Under the pieces are notes generated by a model, which saw only the letters and a list, made by a program, of their open reading frames with translations, was not told the DNA's origin and did no database searches. A stretch of 64,000 nucleotides of DNA, taken from positions 3,751-67,750 of the forward strand of contig JBGUMF010000048.1 of assembly GCA_045116675.1 (NCBI GenBank), in the 5' to 3' direction. Positions 62,196 through 64,000 of the stretch are shown here, in pieces (positions within the stretch are counted from its first letter, which is position 1; the number at the start of each line of letters is the position of its first letter). The stretch comes from Bacteroidales bacterium (GTDB lineage Bacteria > Bacteroidota > Bacteroidia > Bacteroidales > WCHB1-69). Made by a program: the position numbers and the translations under genes.

Positions 62196-64000
62196 TTACC
62201 ATACTGTGATGCTGCCTTTTGTTTTGCGTGATTTGCCGTCGATGTTGAGGTATAAGATAACGTAATTGTAAACGGTTTCGTGATAAACTCTCCCATTGTA
62301 TTCACCGTTCCATTTGAAGTATTTATCAAAGGACATGAAGACGAGCTCGCCCCAGCGGTTGTAGATAAAGATCTTGAAGTCCTCGTCCTGCACTTGTTCG
62401 AGGGAGCCCTCGGGTATGCAGAAGTAATCGTTCAGGTTGTCTCCGTTAGGCGTGAAGGCGTTGGGCAGGAGTAGCGGGTGCTCACAGGGCTTGATGGTAA
62501 TCTCGGCCTCGAGCACACATTCGCCTTGGGTGGCGGTGACGGAGTAAATTCCGGCCTCATTCACGACGATGGTTGATTGGGTCTCGCCGTTGTTCCATAG
62601 GTAATTGGTCAGTTCGCACTGTACTTCCAGTACGGCAGTCTCATTTTCGCAGAAGTTGCGGGTGTGCGAGACGACCTGTATTGTGGTGTTCACGTAAATC
62701 AGATGTAGGGTGTCCACCTGCTCGCAGCCGTTCTCGTCGGGATGGGCGAAGGTGTAGTCGCCGGGTGCTGTGTAGGTGTTGTTGTTCCAGGTGTAATCGT
62801 CGCAGACATATACGGTCTCGGCGGTGTGTGCTGGATGGTTGATGGTGAGGTGGAGGGTGACGGTCGAATCGGCACCTTCGGTAGTTAGGAAGTGCTGGGT
62901 GTAATCGCCTGAGACGGTATAGACACTATCATTCCATGTGTAATCAACACATCCTGAATCCACTAACTCTATGAATGATGAATAATAGACGGTAAGATGT
63001 AGGGTGTCCACTTGTGTGCAACCATTGGCATCTGGATGTTCGTGTGTGTAGGTTCCAGTACTGTCATAAACGGTGCCGTTCCAAGTGTAGTTGTCGTAGG
63101 CAGTAACGGTGGTGTCTGTGTGTACTGGGTAGTTCACCGTCAGGTGCAGCGTCACGGTGGAATCGCAGCCGTGGACGGTCTGGAAGTGCTGTATGTAAAC
63201 TCCAGATCGGGTATAGACGGAGTCGTTCCAAGCGAATGTTTCGCAAGCTGTATCTGTTATGGAGAGATTCTGAGGATAATTGATGCTGAGATGGAGCACG
63301 GTAATGGAGTCACAGCCGGCGAGAGTCTGTGTGGTGTCGGCGTAAGTTCCCGCAGTGGTGTAGTCACTGTTGCCGAAGTGGTATGTGGTGCCGTGGCAGA
63401 TGCTGCGGTGTATGGTGTCGCGGATGTAGTCGTCGACGGATAGTGTCAGTGTGGTGATGGAGTCGCAGCCGGCGATAGTTTGTGTAGTGTCGGCGTAGAT
63501 GCCGCTTTCGGTCAGGACTCTGCTGCCGAAGGAGAAGCTGCCGCCGTGGCAGACGGTATCGCTGACGCTCACACGGATGTAGTCCTCTACGGTGAGATGG
63601 AGCACGGTAATGGAGTCACAGCCGGCGGGTGTCTGTGTGGTGTCGGCGTAGACCCCCGTAGCGTCGTAGTCCCTGTTGCCGAAGTGGTATGTGGTGCCGT
63701 GGCAGATGCTGCGGTGTATGGTGTCGCGCAGAGAGGGGTTGATGAGGATGAGTTGAACGTGCGAGGTGCTGTGACAATGGGTGGAAACCGTCCAGATCCT
63801 AGTGATCGTATCTTGTGATACGATGTGCGATGTTGCTATGTCTGAATAGCTAATGGAGAAATCATTAGTACAGTTGGCCCAGATCCCAAAAGGAGTACCC
63901 GTGATGGTGGTGTCGGTATTAAATGTGCCGTCAGAGTTTCTACAGATGGCTGTATTTGTTGGTGTTATAAAGGTTGGTATAATACTGTCATTTATAAAAT
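62196..64000 (-). CDS. T9SS type-B (gliding-motility C-terminal, CHU_C-like) sorted surface protein with tandem Cys-containing repeats; 5'-partial
   Basis: C-terminus LLLPNAFTPNGDNLNDYF...IYNRWGELVF. Upstream are at least 8 modules of about 51 aa each (C..Y.W....Y...G.Y......GCDS..TL.LTV). I translated the frame by hand from 63606 to 64000 and found no stop, so the gene runs off the window. The track start at 63605 is an internal GTG. Confidence 0.8.
   Translation of the reverse strand, partial: FINDSIIPTFITPTNTAICRNSDGTFNTDTTITGTPFGIWANCTNDFSISYSDIATSHIVSQDTITRIWTVSTHCHSTSHVQLILINPSLRDTIHRSICHGTTYHFGNRDYDATGVYADTTQTPAGCDSITVLHLTVEDYIRVSVSDTVCHGGSFSFGSRVLTESGIYADTTQTIAGCDSITTLTLSVDDYIRDTIHRSICHGTTYHFGNSDYTTAGTYADTTQTLAGCDSITVLHLSINYPQNLSITDTACETFAWNDSVYTRSGVYIQHFQTVHGCDSTVTLHLTVNYPVHTDTTVTAYDNYTWNGTVYDSTGTYTHEHPDANGCTQVDTLHLTVYYSSFIELVDSGCVDYTWNDSVYTVSGDYTQHFLTTEGADSTVTLHLTINHPAHTAETVYVCDDYTWNNNTYTAPGDYTFAHPDENGCEQVDTLHLIYVNTTIQVVSHTRNFCENETAVLEVQCELTNYLWNNGETQSTIVVNEAGIYSVTATQGECVLEAEITIKPCEHPLLLPNAFTPNGDNLNDYFCIPEGSLEQVQDEDFKIFIYNRWGELVFMSFDKYFKWNGEYNGRVYHETVYNYVILYLNIDGKSRKTKGSITVW
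63288..63728. repeat. intragenic near-identical DNA repeats, 306 nt apart
   Basis: 63288-63422 and 63594-63728 share long identical runs (gagatggagcacggtaatggagtcacagccggcg... and ...ctgttgccgaagtggtatgtggtgccgtggcagatgctgcggtgtatggtgtcgcg). Confidence 0.8.

Overview
This 64-kb chromosomal window reads as Bacteroidota, Bacteroidales-like and fairly GC-rich. More than 20 genes sit behind the phylum-typical -7 promoter box TAnnTTTG. It also has T9SS sorting domains, a fused SecDF, a DUF3127 protein and a FISUMP domain. Most of the window is housekeeping: sbcCD, ychF, a NifU-like gene, parvulin PPIases, ansA, a Na/Pi symporter, cutC, a CDF transporter, a ROK kinase, mltG, NlpC/P60, MlaD, an amidase, an lptD-like gene, secDF, an OmpA-family gene, lptB, mscL, pyrC and xseA. 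Two regions stand out. (1) 35.9-45.3 kb is a tightly packed nine-gene minus-strand operon. The three enzyme types of capnine/sulfobacin-type sulfonolipid synthesis (a cysteate-synthase-like PLP enzyme, an alpha-oxoamine synthase and an SDR ketoreductase) bracket a five-gene heterodisulfide-reductase-like module. That module holds HdrC-, HdrB- and HdrA-like proteins, a small di-cluster ferredoxin and a membrane-anchored HdrD-like protein, in an order that recalls sulfur-oxidising sHdr loci. As inference only, I propose a quinone-linked sulfur-redox module that serves sulfite-dependent cysteate formation. (2) At 16.1-20.4 kb the 3' end of tRNA-Gly(CCC) occurs three times in direct orientation. 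The copies delimit two roughly 2-kb, AT-rich, integrase-less cassettes bounded by GGGACA-type inverted repeats. The cassettes carry defence-type cargo: an AAA+/PD-(D/E)xK ATPase, and a HEPN-MNT pair plus an orphan 208-aa protein. A HEPN gene relic lies beyond the last copy. Smaller oddities are listed here. (a) A T9SS C-terminal sorting domain lies internally in a P-domain/FISUMP protein. (b) Two unrelated 56-nt arrays of eight heptads sit in operon spacers. (c) A 1076-aa protein fuses the subunit types of a sarcosine/opine/proline-oxidase complex. (d) An ECF sigma factor carries a membrane-spanning extension. (e) A GC-rich structured intergenic block lies at 59.3-59.5 kb. (f) A partial T9SS type-B adhesin has near-identical internal DNA repeats. 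I saw no CRISPR array, rRNA, transposase or integrase. All functional calls come from motif recognition by eye, with no database search.
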